A DNA stretch of 63,727 bases, the filler included, from Dugesia japonica (lineage: Eukaryota): assembly GCA_001938525.1 (NCBI GenBank). It is 6 parts of 6 records of this genome, joined end to end, with 100 filler letters (N's around TTAATTAATTAA, not from the genome) between each part and the next. Parts side by side here need not be neighbours in the genome. Positions count along the whole stretch, not along the records: positions 25,188 to 34,080 come from MQRL01615653.1; positions 34,181 to 42,727 come from MQRL01602062.1; 4 more parts are not named here. One strand, 5' to 3'. Positions 25,190 to 37,930 of this stretch are shown here, one piece after another. Position 1 is the first letter of the stretch. Every line of letters begins with the position of its first letter. The notes under the pieces were generated by a model. The model was given only the letters and a program-made list of their open reading frames with translations. It was not told the origin of the DNA and made no database searches. The translations under genes were made by a program, and so were the position numbers.

Positions 25190-25693
25190 TTGGAACAATT
25201 AAGTAAATATTTGACGGAAAATTGTACTCAAATATTTAAGAAATATCTTATAAATGCAGATAAATATTTTGAATTCGAGCTTCAAGATGAAGTCAAAAAA
25301 GTTTTGTTTGATAATGTCTTGACAAGAACATTGGAATTAGACAAACAACAATATTCTCCTACAGATATGAAGGGAGGTGAATTCAAAGCTATTACCAAAT
25401 CGAAAATAATGAAGTTACATCAGCAAATGTTCATNNNNNNNNNNNNNNNNNNNNNNNNNNNNNNNNNGGATGTTAGTGTACCTTTGTTGAAATCAATATG
25501 GATAGAAAAGCGTGAAACTGATGAAGTATTACAAATAATAGTTGAGAATCAAATGTATTTATCTATTGCAATATCATGTGTAAACAATATAGAAATTAAT
25601 AGACGCGATGATAACGGAAAATTAATAAAGTTTCCAAAACATTCAAAAACTCATTTAACTTTGCATACTAGAAAACTGAATAATGAATCCTGA
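25190..25693 (+). CDS. Polinton minor capsid (penton) protein, C-terminal part
   Basis: DVSVPLLKSI...MYLSIAISCVNNIEINRRDDNGKLIKF....THLTLHTRK matches the penton C-terminal pattern. Confidence 0.82.
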   Translation: MEQLSKYLTENCTQIFKKYLINADKYFEFELQDEVKKVLFDNVLTRTLELDKQQYSPTDMKGGEFKAITKSKIMKLHQQMFXXXXXXXXXXXXDVSVPLLKSIWIEKRETDEVLQIIVENQMYLSIAISCVNNIEINRRDDNGKLIKFPKHSKTHLTLHTRKLNNES

Positions 25694-25958
25694 TATTTAT
25701 TCATTGTATAGTACTAGTCAAGCAGGTGAAGAATTACCTTTCTTTCTTGGAAAATAGTATGTATCTGGTTAGTTGAGAACAATAGGTAGATTTACTTTAC
25801 CGATTCTTAAACGTATTGGTTATTTTGGTATGAAAACCGCTCAGGATGTACTAGCTAATGACCGAAAAATACTATCCACATTGAAATTTGATGCATTAGC
25901 TGAACTTGGAAATGTTATGTCATCATTACTTAGCGGAGTAATCAGTATGATTTCTTAA
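25683..25958 (+). pseudogene. Small Polinton core/pX-like protein (Y..QAG..LP.F.G type)
   Basis: MNPDIYSLYSTSQAGEELPFFLGK*YVSG*LRTIGRFTLPILKRIGYFGMKTAQDVL, located between penton and major capsid, with two stops. Confidence 0.72.
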
Positions 25959-25959
25959 G

Positions 25960-27027
25960 TAGCAAACATATTACCGCAAAGTAAAATTATATGAAAGTGA
26001 AGGTAGTTGATCAGACTGGTAAAGATTTGACTGACACTCATGATGCAGTTCCGAGTAATTATATGTTACATACTCTTTTTATGGATGTAATTTTTGGTTT
26101 AATAATTTAAAAATTTAAGGTGGAAATGGATCTTATCATCACAAAGCATTGATTGAAACTATAATAAATTATAATGGTGATACTAAAAATATCTGTCTTT
26201 CAGCAATGGGATATAGATCAGAAGCAGATAGAAAAATGTCTATTAAAATACCAAAACAATTGGCTCTATGTGATTTATTGCAACTCTATTACATGGATCA
26301 ACCAAAATACCTTATTTCTGGTGTTAATCTTCATATTCGGTTGAAACGATAATTTTCTAAGATTTTATTGGAATCTGCAGCTAAGGAACCTAGATATGTA
26401 TTACTAGATTCAAAATTAANNNNNNNNNNNNNNNNNATGAACCCTCAGTACTAGCTGCTAATCAAATGGAACTAAAAAAGCAAAATGCTGTTTATCCAAT
26501 AAGAACCAAAAGAAGTGGTTGCATTTACAATTAGTAAAGATAGTTCATCATTTTATAAGGAACAAATGTTTGGTCATCGTCGATTACCTAGCTTTATTCT
26601 GGTTACATTTTAAAGTGGAGAACAATGTAATGGTAGTTATAAAAGCTCGAGTTCAACATTTCAAAGTCTTGATACTGTTTCTGTTTCCTTGACAAAAAAA
26701 CACTGATTATCGAGAAATATATACTCAAAATTTTACAAACGATAATTCTAACACAAAAAATATGCAATCTATAGTAAGAAATATCGGATATTTGGATAAA
26801 AATATGAATTGTGGAATAACACTTCGAGAATTTAAGGATAATTATCCCTTCTTACATTTTTTCTTGCTCCACATTTTGATGTAAATCAGAGTTAATTACC
26901 TCAACAAGGGAATTTGAGATTAGAAATCAAGTTTGCCAAAGCTTTAAAAACATCCGCATGTGCTATAATTTATGGGGTATTTGAAAAAGAAATTAAAATT
27001 TAAGAAAACGGAACAGTATTAGTGTAA
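25960..27027 (+). pseudogene. Polinton double jelly-roll major capsid protein (hexon/PY), N-terminus missing, multiple frameshifts
   Basis: NYMLHTLFMDV, YHHKALIETIINY, DQPKYLISGVNLHIRLKR, AVYPIR, RLPSFILV and GNLRLEIKFAKALKTSACAIIYGVFEKEIKI. Confidence 0.9.
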
Positions 27028-27089
27028 ACAGTATGTTGTGTAATTGGTACATGTTATGAAGTAAGTGTTATTTTATTAGTGATTTTTAT

Positions 27090-27460
27090 TTTAATAGTAC
27101 TATTCAACAACTTTGGTTCAGATTGATTGGATTGCATTAAAGTAGCTTCGATCAGCATGGCGAAGTGTTTATACGCTAGATAAACGTCCAAAATATATTC
27201 CAGTAATCAATGCCTTAATTTTCAGTACTCTTACATCAAATCTAGGTGGAGAACATTGGATAGCTGTTTACAATAAATCTGCTCGAATACTAGTATTCAA
27301 TCCATTAGCATTTTATTATCCATCAATGTTGGTGACACACTTCTTGAAAATATCAAAGCCAATAGTCTACAATAAAATTAAATATCAAGATACATTTACA
27401 ACTGCATGTGGTCAACACTGTTTATTATGGTTTAAAAAACAGCATTGTACTTACAATATT
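27090..27460 (+). pseudogene. Adenain-like (C5) maturation cysteine protease
   Basis: GGEHWIAV (catalytic His), VFNPL (Asp position reads Asn) and KYQDTFTTACGQHCL (Gln/Cys). Confidence 0.88.
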
Positions 27461-28089
27461 TATTTGTTCTTGTTGTAAAAAAATTAATGTCTTTTATTGA
27501 AATGAAATCTTTGTAATTTACTAANNNNNNNNNNNNNNNNNNNNNNNNNNTTTATAAAATATTTGTAAGTAATATGCTATTAATACATGTTTTTATTATT
27601 ATTTTGACACGTTTTATTATCAAAAAATTGAATTTGATTTAAAATAGAGCAACGTAATATGTCTGCAATAATTTAAATTTATTTGACATTTTAAAAACAC
27701 AATCGAATTTGATTGATTAGATTTGGAAACCTTGGTAAAAGTTATTATTATTCATCACAATTTCAAATTATTTTTACAAAACAAATGAACGATTCAAGAG
27801 AGCTTAAAGTAATTTATTATTATTATTAACATTATTAACTTTTATTTTTAGATTTATTATGAATTCGTATAAACAAAATAGGAGAAGATTTATTTCAACT
27901 ATGAATGCTNTNATTTATGATTGTTATTATTTATTATTTATAAATTAATTAAATTATTTAGAATNTTGACGAAATAAGACAAGGAGGTAAAGGATCTCGA
28001 ANGTTCGTGAACGNGGATTCGCATTAGTTTTTTTTGATTTTATTATNTTTTTTTATAANTTAAATTTTAGTAAGACAAACTATTATTAT

Positions 28090-28432
28090 AATTTATTATG
28101 AAAAAAAAATATGCTATGTTACAAAACCATATTCTATGCTATGATTCATACTATTATATTATGAAAAAATGCTCTATGTTTTTTTATGAAACAGTTCTAT
28201 GCTTTTATCATTTTGCATTAAAAATTACCTCTCTAATATGATTAATTTTAGAAAATTACCTCGCTAATATAATTTTTATTGAAAATCCCATCGCTAATGA
28301 GATTTATTGATTAAAACTTACTACACTAATGTTTTTTATGGAAAAATATCGTAGTTAATATATTTTATAATGAAAAACCTTATTAAAATCATTATGTTAT
28401 TATTAAAATTATTACATTATTATTAAATTATT
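28090..28432. repeat. Degenerate ~30-bp tandem repeats upstream of pPolB B
   Basis: Repeated AAAATTACC(T/A)CGCTAATAT-like and TTCTATGCT-like units. Confidence 0.6.
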
Positions 28433-28435
28433 TTA

Positions 28436-31400
28436 GAACATTGCCGATTGTACAACCATTGCGCGAGTGCGAGTCACAATGGTGATTGCCATACTANNNN
28501 NNNNNNNNNNNNNNNNNNNNNNNNNNNNNNNNNNNNNNNNNNNNNNNNNNNNNNNNNNNNNNNNNNNNNNNNNNNNNNNNNNNNNNNNNNNNNNNNNNNN
28601 NNNNNNNNNNNNNNNNNNNNNNNNNNNNNNNNNNNNNNNNNNNNNNNNNNNNNNNNNNNNNNNNNNNNNNNNNNNNNNNNNNNNNNNNNNNNNNNNNNAA
28701 AACGGAAGAAGAAACAACAAATATTGTACAAGAAGAAGGAATAAATATTACATCAGATCATTGGAACAATTTTGAAATAATTGATGAACTCGATGAAGAA
28801 GATTTTGTGTTTCGTGAGTTGATGAATGTAGAAGAAGCGGAAAATAATCAACTTTGTGGATCAGCAAATATAACTGTGAATGATGGAGTTATTGTAGAAT
28901 TGGATTTGTATCGTTGTCATAGGATACTTAAAATAAATGTTTCAAGATGGAATTGTCTTGAAATAATTTTACCAGAAGCAATAGTTGCAAAATTTTTTAA
29001 GACAATAAAAAAGGTGAAGCAAGTTAAAATTCAATTCGGGGTACATGTTGAGTTCAAAGGGATAACAACAACTGCTGATGGAGAGGAAGAGGAGTTTAAA
29101 ATCTGTAGAATATCAAATAGACCCGTTGGATTAACTGATAACTTTTTTGTATGTTGTACAGAATACTGGAAATTAATTTCAAAATCACAAAAGTTGCAGA
29201 TATTGGTCGACTTTCGGGGAAAAGTTATATTCCAATACCGAAAGATTTAAAAATAAAAATGGCAATAGTAAAAATAAAAGAACTATGATAATGACTGTTT
29301 TATTTACAGTATTCTTGCTATCATCAACATTATATAAAAATACATGTTGTAGCTTGTATTTGATGAAGTAAATATGCCGATGAAACTGATTGATATACCA
29401 AACTTTGAGAGAAATAATCCAGGACTATCCATCAATATCCTATCATGGAACCAAAAATCAGTGGATGATGAAGAAGAGAAAGTAATCATGAAACCTCTGA
29501 ATTGGGACATAATACACCGATCAAAAGTGATAGATGGAGAGAAAATCTATCTGTTATTATGCAACCAATGTAATTTAAGTAGACAATTGCATATTCAACT
29601 ACCAGTGGTCTTTTATAATTTACGAAAATATGATCTTCATCATATTCTCAAGTATGGTATTAACAAGTTCAAGAATTGGTCAATATCATGCATCCCATCA
29701 GCAACAGAAAATTTTCTATATTTAATTGTACGGCAAAATCAAACAACAACTAAATTCATTAACAGCTATCAGTTTAAAAATTTCTCATTGGACTCTGTTG
29801 TCAAATCCTTAAAAGCGACAATTTTGACTACAGAAAAGTTTAAGAATCAGATTATTACCAAGTCAAAGGAGAAATTTCCGTACAGTTTGCAACGAGCTTA
29901 CAGGTTCACGAGGAAACAAAGTAAATGTCACCAAAAGGGGAGTAAGTTAGCAGGGAAGAGTATAAGAAAGCATTATCGATGTGGGAAATATTTTCATGTA
30001 CAAATTTGTTGGACTATATGATGTTATATTTAAAGTTGGATGTATATTTGTAGCAGATTTTTTCCAGCAATTCAGTCCAAAGTCTTTAGCACACATTCAA
30101 TTTAGAGCGGTTTAATATTTTNNNNNNNNNNNNNNNNNNNNNNNNNNNNNNNNNNNNNNNNNNNNNNNNNNNNNNNNNNNNNNNNNNNNNNNNNNNNNNN
30201 NNNNNNNNNNNNNNNNNAGGTATAAGAGGAGGATTAACGTTCGTTAACAAGCACAATGTTGCCACTAGTGAAAATGTTGACTTTTTGTATATAGATGTTA
30301 ATAATCTATATGGTTTGGCACTGAGTCAAAAGTTGCCCTATGCAAATTTTGAGTGGGTCTATGATGGATTAGATAGGATTTTGGAAGAGTTTATGAATGA
30401 AGTCCTAGACTCATTACCATATGGATATACACTAGAGGTTGACGTGGTGATTCTTGCAGAAGTTCATGATTATTTGAATGATTTACAAGTTGTTGCAGAA
30501 CAAAGAAGCGCTCCAGGTTGTAAATTGAAGAAATTAATGTTAGCACATTACTCCAAGACCAATTACGTAGTGCACTGAAGATTGCTTCAAATGTATTTAA
30601 GTTTAGGAGTTCAAGTAACAGAGGTTCATAGAGGAATTAAGTTCATCCATGCTTCAATTTTCGTGAGTTATATCAACACCAACACAATTCTCAGGTCAAA
30701 TTGTGTTACAGAATTAGAAAAAAACTATTATAAACTGTTAAACAACAGTTTATATGGAAAATCAATAGAGAATCTTAAGAACAGGATCAATATGCACTTA
30801 TGTAATTCAGCAAAGAAGTTGATTACATATACATCAAAAGCCGGATTTAAGAAAACAACAAAAATTGATGATGATTTGATAGCAGTTCTTCTTAATGAGG
30901 ATATAGTTTGTTTAGATCGTCCGAGCTACATAGGAAAAACAGTGCTGGACTTGAGTAAACTACGCATGTACCAGCTACAGTATTTATAGGTTTAAAAATA
31001 TCAAAAGGAAAAAGAATTAATATTGTGGCCGGCGATACAGACAGTTTCTTTTGGGAGATAGAAGATATAAGCTTAGAGAAACTTACTAAATTAATGGGTT
31101 AAAGATAAGCTCCTGGATACTTCAAAGTACAGTAAAGAACATCTTCTTTATTCAAATAAATTAAATTCAGTGTTAGAGAAATTCAAGGACGAAAATAAAG
31201 GGGAGAAGTACCAGGAATGGGTTTTTTGAGGCCGAATAAGAACAGCATGAGAGCAAAAAGCATAAAATTGCAGAAAACTGAAATTTCTCATCAGTCTTAC
31301 CTTGACTCTTATAATGAGAACAAATCGTTCTCAGTAGAGCAATTCAGAATAACATCTAATAACCATCAGCTCTACAGCATTAAGTCAACCAAAATAACAT

Positions 31401-31456
31401 TAATAAACACGGACGATAAGCGGGTATTGGTTAATAAAAATCACAGTGTCCTGTGA
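28436..31456 (+). pseudogene. polB: Protein-primed DNA polymerase B of Polinton B, internally deleted and frameshifted
   Basis: DNDCFIYSILA, PMKLIDIPNFERNN..SINI, CNQCNL..PVVFYNLRKYDLH, GIRGG, YIDVNNLYG, KLLNNSLYGK, GDTDS (~31031), FKDE and DDKR. The start is approximate because of an N gap. Confidence 0.92.
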
Positions 31457-33037
31457 TCATTTGTGAATTCATTTTTGTGAATTCATTTGTGAATGTATAA
31501 CTGGTCTTCTTTAGAACCAAAATTGTACATTGTTGAATTTATTTGAAATAAAATATGTTATTTATACTATTAATTTTTATTATTTATTAAGTTTTATTAT
31601 TTATTAAGTTTTATTATTGCAAATATGCATTGTGTATGACGCAAGCATGCATTGTGTATGACACATGCATGTTAAATATAAACAAAATTAATTTAAATGT
31701 CCATTAATATTTAATTTGGACTTTATTATAGAAGAAATGCTTGAAAATATTGATAGAAATTATTTTGTATCTGAACTTAAAATATTACCAACAATTGAAG
31801 AAGGTCCTTTAAAAATATTTAATTAAAAACTATATGTTTAAAATAAAAAAAGCCTTTGATTAAATAAGATTTATTACATAACATTGAAAAACACAGAAAT
31901 ACAACATTTAGCCGTAAAGTAAAATCTTTCACAACCAATAAACAAGATGTTGGTGTGATTTTTTGACATTGCTTACTGGATCTAAACTATTAATTAATAA
32001 GTTTACATAAATTAAAAATATATTACCGCTATTTTTCTTCCTACCCACACGACACTGTCGTTGTTTTCCAAATTCAATGGGCAGAGCTTGCATTTTAACA
32101 TTTGTTTTGTTTATGTTGATTATTTCTGGACTATGATATTGAATGTCCATGTTCAATTTATTAGTAATATTTACTTCTTCCTTATAAATCTCTATAGTTG
32201 CTGTTGGTGGATCAAGTTCAAAAAACCTTACCAAGTTTTACATTAAAAATGTCATGTATTCAAGAACTTTTGGTACAATTGAAGTTTTTTAATGCTTTCT
32301 TCTTTCTTAATACCTAATTAAATATTAATTATTGTATTAATATTAATAATGATATTACCACCAAACTATCAAGAAATTGAATTTCTATCAAAGCATACAG
32401 GCCTTTCGTAGTTTCTTCTCCAACTTATGTCTATACAACGAAATTTTGTTGTTGGATATCTCTGTCATTGGCTTCATAAACGGTTCCGGATTGTATTCAT
32501 TCTTTATTAACTACATACCTATTCAAATTGTTCATATAATTCAGTGTATAGGATTGATTGACGATTGAAAACACTTCGTATCCTTCATTGTGTAGAGAAT
32601 CTACATTATCTTCATTATCTGTGTTGCATATATCTATCTGCTTGAGCATTTCATATTGCTTGTGTGATGAATTGCGAATATCTACCATTTTGAAAATAAT
32701 GAAATATTTAAAAGAATCTCTATTTATATATTTGTTGTGTATGTATGTATAATTTTATTGGTTGTAGAAGGAATAAAAACAAACCACGAACCAAATGTTA
32801 ATAAATTGAATACATCTTCTTTTAAATTAATATTGCTTAAATTTAAAACCATATTTTTAACACCAAACTTATAAATACCAAATAATTTCCTAAGATTTAA
32901 AAGTTTTTAATTCTGTGATGTAATTTATTAGACAAAAAAATGATCGTGTCAGTTGATCCTTTGAAATATTTAGCAATAAAGTTTTATTTTAAACGGCGTT
33001 ATTTATTTTGTATTAAACATTTGCCATCAATTTTTGC

Positions 33038-33085
<48 letters not shown>

Positions 33086-33760
33086 NNNNNNNNNNNNNNN
33101 NNNNNNNNNNNNNNNNNNNNNNNNNNNNNNNNNNNNNNNNNNNNNNNNNNNNNNNNNNNNNNNNNNNNNNNNNNNNNNNNNNNNNNATGTAAAACCTATT
33201 CTTATAGACAACTCTGTCAATGCAAAAGGTGAGGTCCAACGAGTGATAAGAAACAAAATCCCAATTAATCGATCAGCTCTTAAAAGTCTAAATTCCAGTG
33301 CAAGATGTTATATGTTTGAAAGCTGTAGTGGATAAGAGAAATTATAATAGCTAAACAAGAGTGAAAATTTTTACATGACTCACCAGAAATTTTATGCGCC
33401 TCTTCAGCAATGAATGGAGACAAGCAGTGGATAAATCTTATCACAACAGAAACTTGCGGGATCAAATGTAGGACGGATCACTCTACGAAAATTTTTTCAA
33501 ATGATCAGCAACCTTTAATACCTTGAATTAGTTTCATTTTTTAAATATTTAGCAACTTTTTCTTCCTTAAATTAGTTGTAATCTTTATTTCTAACTGATC
33601 GTCAATCTTGATTACCTTGAATTAATGTTTTTAATTACTTTTTTGAATCCATTATTATGAAAATAATAATAATAATAATTTAACTTAATAGTTCAGTTTT
33701 AATCATTTTAAAAAATTTATTAGTATCAGCTAAGTTAATTATTAACATTTATTAATTATC

Positions 33761-33792
<32 letters not shown>

Positions 33793-35069
33793 TATAATAA
33801 TAATTATAAATAATTATGATAATAAATAATAATAATAAAATTTTGTTGATTTATTATCAGGATTAATTTTATATTTTTTTAAATATTTTTTAGAATGAAG
33901 CGATTGTTTCATTATTGAAGTTGCAGTGCACAATCAACTGTGATCACAAATTTTGTCGTGAAAGTTAGGTTATTATTGATTTCGATAATTTTCCAACTAA
34001 TTTTTATGTCTATTTTGATGAATCAATTTTCAGAATAATCATCAATAATTTCATTTGTTAAAACAAACAATGTCTACTGTNNNNNNNNNNNNNNNNNNNN
34101 NNNNNNNNNNNNNNNNNNNNNNNNTTAATTAATTAANNNNNNNNNNNNNNNNNNNNNNNNNNNNNNNNNNNNNNNNNNNNATTTATTAAAAATGTCTTAA
34201 TGGTTTAATTTTATTAAACATGCCAATTTTATTGAAAAATTTAAAATCTGTATAAAAATAAAACTCATACGATAAATATTGCAAGAATTATTTGTTACTT
34301 TTACTGATGATTTCAAGGTCAAATATTTAAAAATCTAATTCTCGTATTTTGTTTATTATACATATTTATTAATATATCTTTTGTAATGCGCAAGTGTTTT
34401 TTATTATGAATATATTTCGTGAATTTATTTTTTAACTGATTAGTTTTTACATTCTCTTATTGTTTAATATTTTATGATTTTACATATGTAATTTGTTATG
34501 TATTATAAATATATTACTGGGATTTCTTTTTAAATTAAGATCAAAGAACCGTAACAAAAAATTATATAAATGAAATATTTGATAATCAAATTTGGCAGTT
34601 TATTTGTTATTTTAATAAAAACAATTTGTTTCTTTTTCATTTAATGAAATTAAATTTTTTGATCAAAATATTAGTGATAAATAAATTTGTGTTGAAATTA
34701 TTAATTTTTTAAATCTAAAATTTTATGTAGTTGTAAAGATCTTTTGAATCTGGTTTGTGGCAAAATATTTTAGTTGATTACGTTTGCTTGTCCACTGTTT
34801 TAATATAGATGAGTGACATGCAGTGATATTTGTTNNNNNNNNNNNNNNNNNNNNNNNNNNNNNNNNNNNNNNNNNNNNNNNNNNNNNNNNNNNNNNNNNN
34901 NNNNNNNNNNNNNNNNNNNNNNNNNNNNNNNNNNNNNNNNNNNNNNNNNNNNNNNNNNNNNNNNNNNNTTTTTTTTGTTAACCATTAATTGTATATAAGC
35001 AAAATTTGGTACTACCTTGTTATTGCAGGCAACGTTATTATTCGTTTGTTTTACTTTTTTCACAACGTC

Positions 35070-35560
35070 ATAATGAATTTCTTCAAACGGCCTCGTACCG
35101 AAAAAGCAATGGTAGAATTTTTAAAAATGGGTGTTCTTTCAAAATGGTCACAAAATGNAACTATCATGATTAGTGTATAAAACTTGTCACAGCCATTCGT
35201 TTCTTTTACTTTTGGTCAAAGCAATTGACGTCAGATTCCTTGGAGTGCCAAAAACCAAAGCAAAAGAACTGTAGTATAGGTTCTATCGTCGAAATATATT
35301 AAAGCTTGTTCACTAAACGTAAGAATCATGACGTCCGAGTGCTCCATACGTAGTGGATCTTTGGTGGGCTATATTAAATTACCAGATCGCAGTGCTAAGA
35401 CATGATGGTGGCAATTTCGGAAAATGTTAAAACTGGTTCGATTATATACTCTGATAGTTGGCGTTCTTGCAAGGTTAAAAAATGGGAAAAAGCTGAGTTT
35501 CGCTATTTTAAAATGAATCCTCAATATATTTTTATCGATCCAAATACTCAAAAGTTTATA
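35070..35560 (+). pseudogene. Merlin/IS1595-like (ISXO2) transposase remnant
   Basis: SIRSG joined to WIFGG, then LPDRSAKT...ISENVKTGSIIYSDSWRS and FIDP. Confidence 0.8.
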
Positions 35561-35954
35561 ATTTCCATTTAGGATAGTACCTGCAATTTTTATAATTTTT
35601 CATTTTATTGACTGAANNNNNNNNNNNNNNNNNNNNNNNNNNNNNNNNNNNNNNNNNNNNNNNNNNTAAGCAATAATTTTTCGGTGGTTCTCTTATATTG
35701 TTAATATCAGTAGTAATCATTCTTCAATATTTGATAATTTGAATATTTATATTAGATATTGTTAATCCAATGATTTTGATTATCTATAAATTAGCCTACA
35801 TGTTTATAACCGGTTTTGAATTTGTGTGCTTGAATGATAAAATATTAGTGTTTTACTAACTTATTTATTATTGAAAAGTGAAAACATTTTCCTTTTATAA
35901 ATAGAATATTTTTGAAAAATTTATATGATAACGTGATTGGTTGAGTTGAATAAA

Positions 35955-36960
35955 TTAGGTTGTCCGAGAAGTTCTTTCGGTTTTTACCAGCACGCCGGTT
36001 TAAAAACTTTTTACGTATTCGTGAAAGTTATAGATACTTGTTTATATTTATTTTTAATAATGAGTAATGCTAATTTTGTTTAAGTATATTAGTTGATTTG
36101 GCTTGCTTACATTTGTTTGGTTCATTTTTAAATGGACAGTAAATAAGTACATTTTAGACATAATTTACATTTTTATTTCAAGAAAGGCAAATTAACTGAA
36201 AATGCACATACAAAAATATTGATGCGTACGGTTTTGAAACAGTAAATAAACGTATTTGCTAAAATTGGTATTAAAATTAATTCTGGAAATTTCTCAGTTG
36301 AAAATTCAGTCCATTCAAGTAGACCATGGGAAATGTTTGAAGATCAAGTGAAGGCTTATTAATAAAGTTTTATAGACACAGAACAGTTCGTGAAATAGCA
36401 GGGCAGGTAAAATTACCGAAAACAAGTGCTAGTAACGAATACAAAAGTTTGAGTATGTAAAGAAATTCGATACTTGGATTCCACATGAATTGAAGAAAAT
36501 TAATTTAATGCAAAGAATCATTATCTGCGATATGCTCTTCACGCATAATCAGATAAATCCATTTTTGAAGAAACTCATAAATGGCAATGAAAATATGGAC
36601 TGTATACAATTATGTTAAACTCGAAAGACTAATAAGTCACCTCAAACAACACTAAATGTTTAAACTTACCAGACAAAGTCCTAGTTGTCAATATGGTGAA
36701 ATTATAAAAGAATTGTATATTTTGAACTAACGCCAGTTAACACTATAATCGACTCGAGTATTTGTGGTCAGCAATTAAACAAATTAAAGGTTTCCGTGCA
36801 GCAGAAACATCCAAAAGTAGTACATAGTAGAGGTATTGTTTTTCATCACGACAACACAAATCTCACATATCTTTGAAGACTCTACAAAAATTACTCAAAC
36901 TTGGCTAGGATTTGCAGCCATTNTTCACAAAATAGTCGTAATATGGAACCACTAGACTAT
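35955..36960 (+). mobile_element. mariner (DD34D, mellifera-like) element, 3'-truncated pseudogene
   Basis: TIR-like TTAGGTTGTCC...CGGTTTT. ATG at 36132 gives MDSK*VHFRHNLHFYFKKG. Also WIPHEL, FHHDN and a decayed YSPDLAP.DY. Confidence 0.88.
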
Positions 36961-37139
36961 TATAAGGCCGTCCATNTATTATGTCACGCTTCGNAGGAAG
37001 AGATTCTGAAACGATAATAATTTTCATATAGCCTTTAGCTGTCTTCGAAAAGTGTGTATTTGAATAGCAAGCAAATGCTTATATTTCTATACATTTGTGA
37101 AGAATGTTTTATTAATAGTATTTTATTTTTTAAATCGTT

Positions 37140-37930
37140 GCATTCTCAACTATTCTCTGGATATGTTACAGTGGAAAAGTAACTGTTGATTTCGTCCTAT
37201 TCTATTCATATTTAAAATTGAATTTTTTATTAAAATTTTATTTTATGTACTAATAAATTATAAAAATGGATCTATTTTACCAAATTTAAATAACTCCATC
37301 AAGACCAATTTTATCAACAGTAATAATGACTTAGTTCTGAAGTGCTTTGCTTTCGTATAATATATTTTAATTATTAAATTTAATATTAAATTCTATTTTT
37401 AATGTGTAGTTTATATTTTATATTAATTTTTATATTGTCAAATTTTTTTGAGATGAGTTGAAAGTTGACGGCCAATATCTTGTACCAACACATAAATATG
37501 TAAATCGTTTTTAGATTACCAATCATATTTTTCTGTATCAGACTAAGCAGAAATAATAGACAAATTATAGAATACTGAAAAGAATTAACAACTGCGGAAA
37601 AATCTTTTGAACATATAAGTTGTATGACGAAAAAATTATTGAGACACAAGAGTTTAAAATGTACTGAAAAAGTATTTTTAAAATTCCTTTCATTGATGAA
37701 AAAGAAACTCAGAAAGAAATAAAAGTGAGAGAAATAGGAGATGTTAAAGAAATTGAAAAAAATATTAAAAAGATGTTCAATATCATTGGAAGAAGTTGCA
37801 TCACTAAAGCGACTTACATATGTAGAGGTGACAAAGATGAGAGGAAATTCGGAGACTATCAAAACAAAAATATGATGCAAACTAGATTGAAGGAACATCA
37901 AATGCCACAAGTTACAAAAATAATGTACTA
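37140..37930 (+). pseudogene. Possible piggyBac transposase remnants
   Basis: Weak VTV(DEQ)LL.FR-like segment at ~37165 and a Cys-containing KRCSI...C segment; heavily decayed. Confidence 0.35.

Larger units (their letters stand above)
25188..33000 (+). mobile_element. Polinton/Maverick element B (degenerate), filling most of one contig segment
   Basis: Co-oriented penton, core protein, major capsid, cysteine protease and pPolB remnants. The right boundary is approximate and no termini were identified. Confidence 0.85.

Noticed and set aside
33190-33500. GC-richer stretch that looks coding
   Set aside because: Multiple stops in the frames I read and no motif I can assign.
34300-34335. Second hammerhead (CTGATGA...GGTCAAATAT)
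   Set aside because: No GAAA box, stem II does not pair, and there is no stem I. At most a decayed relic.
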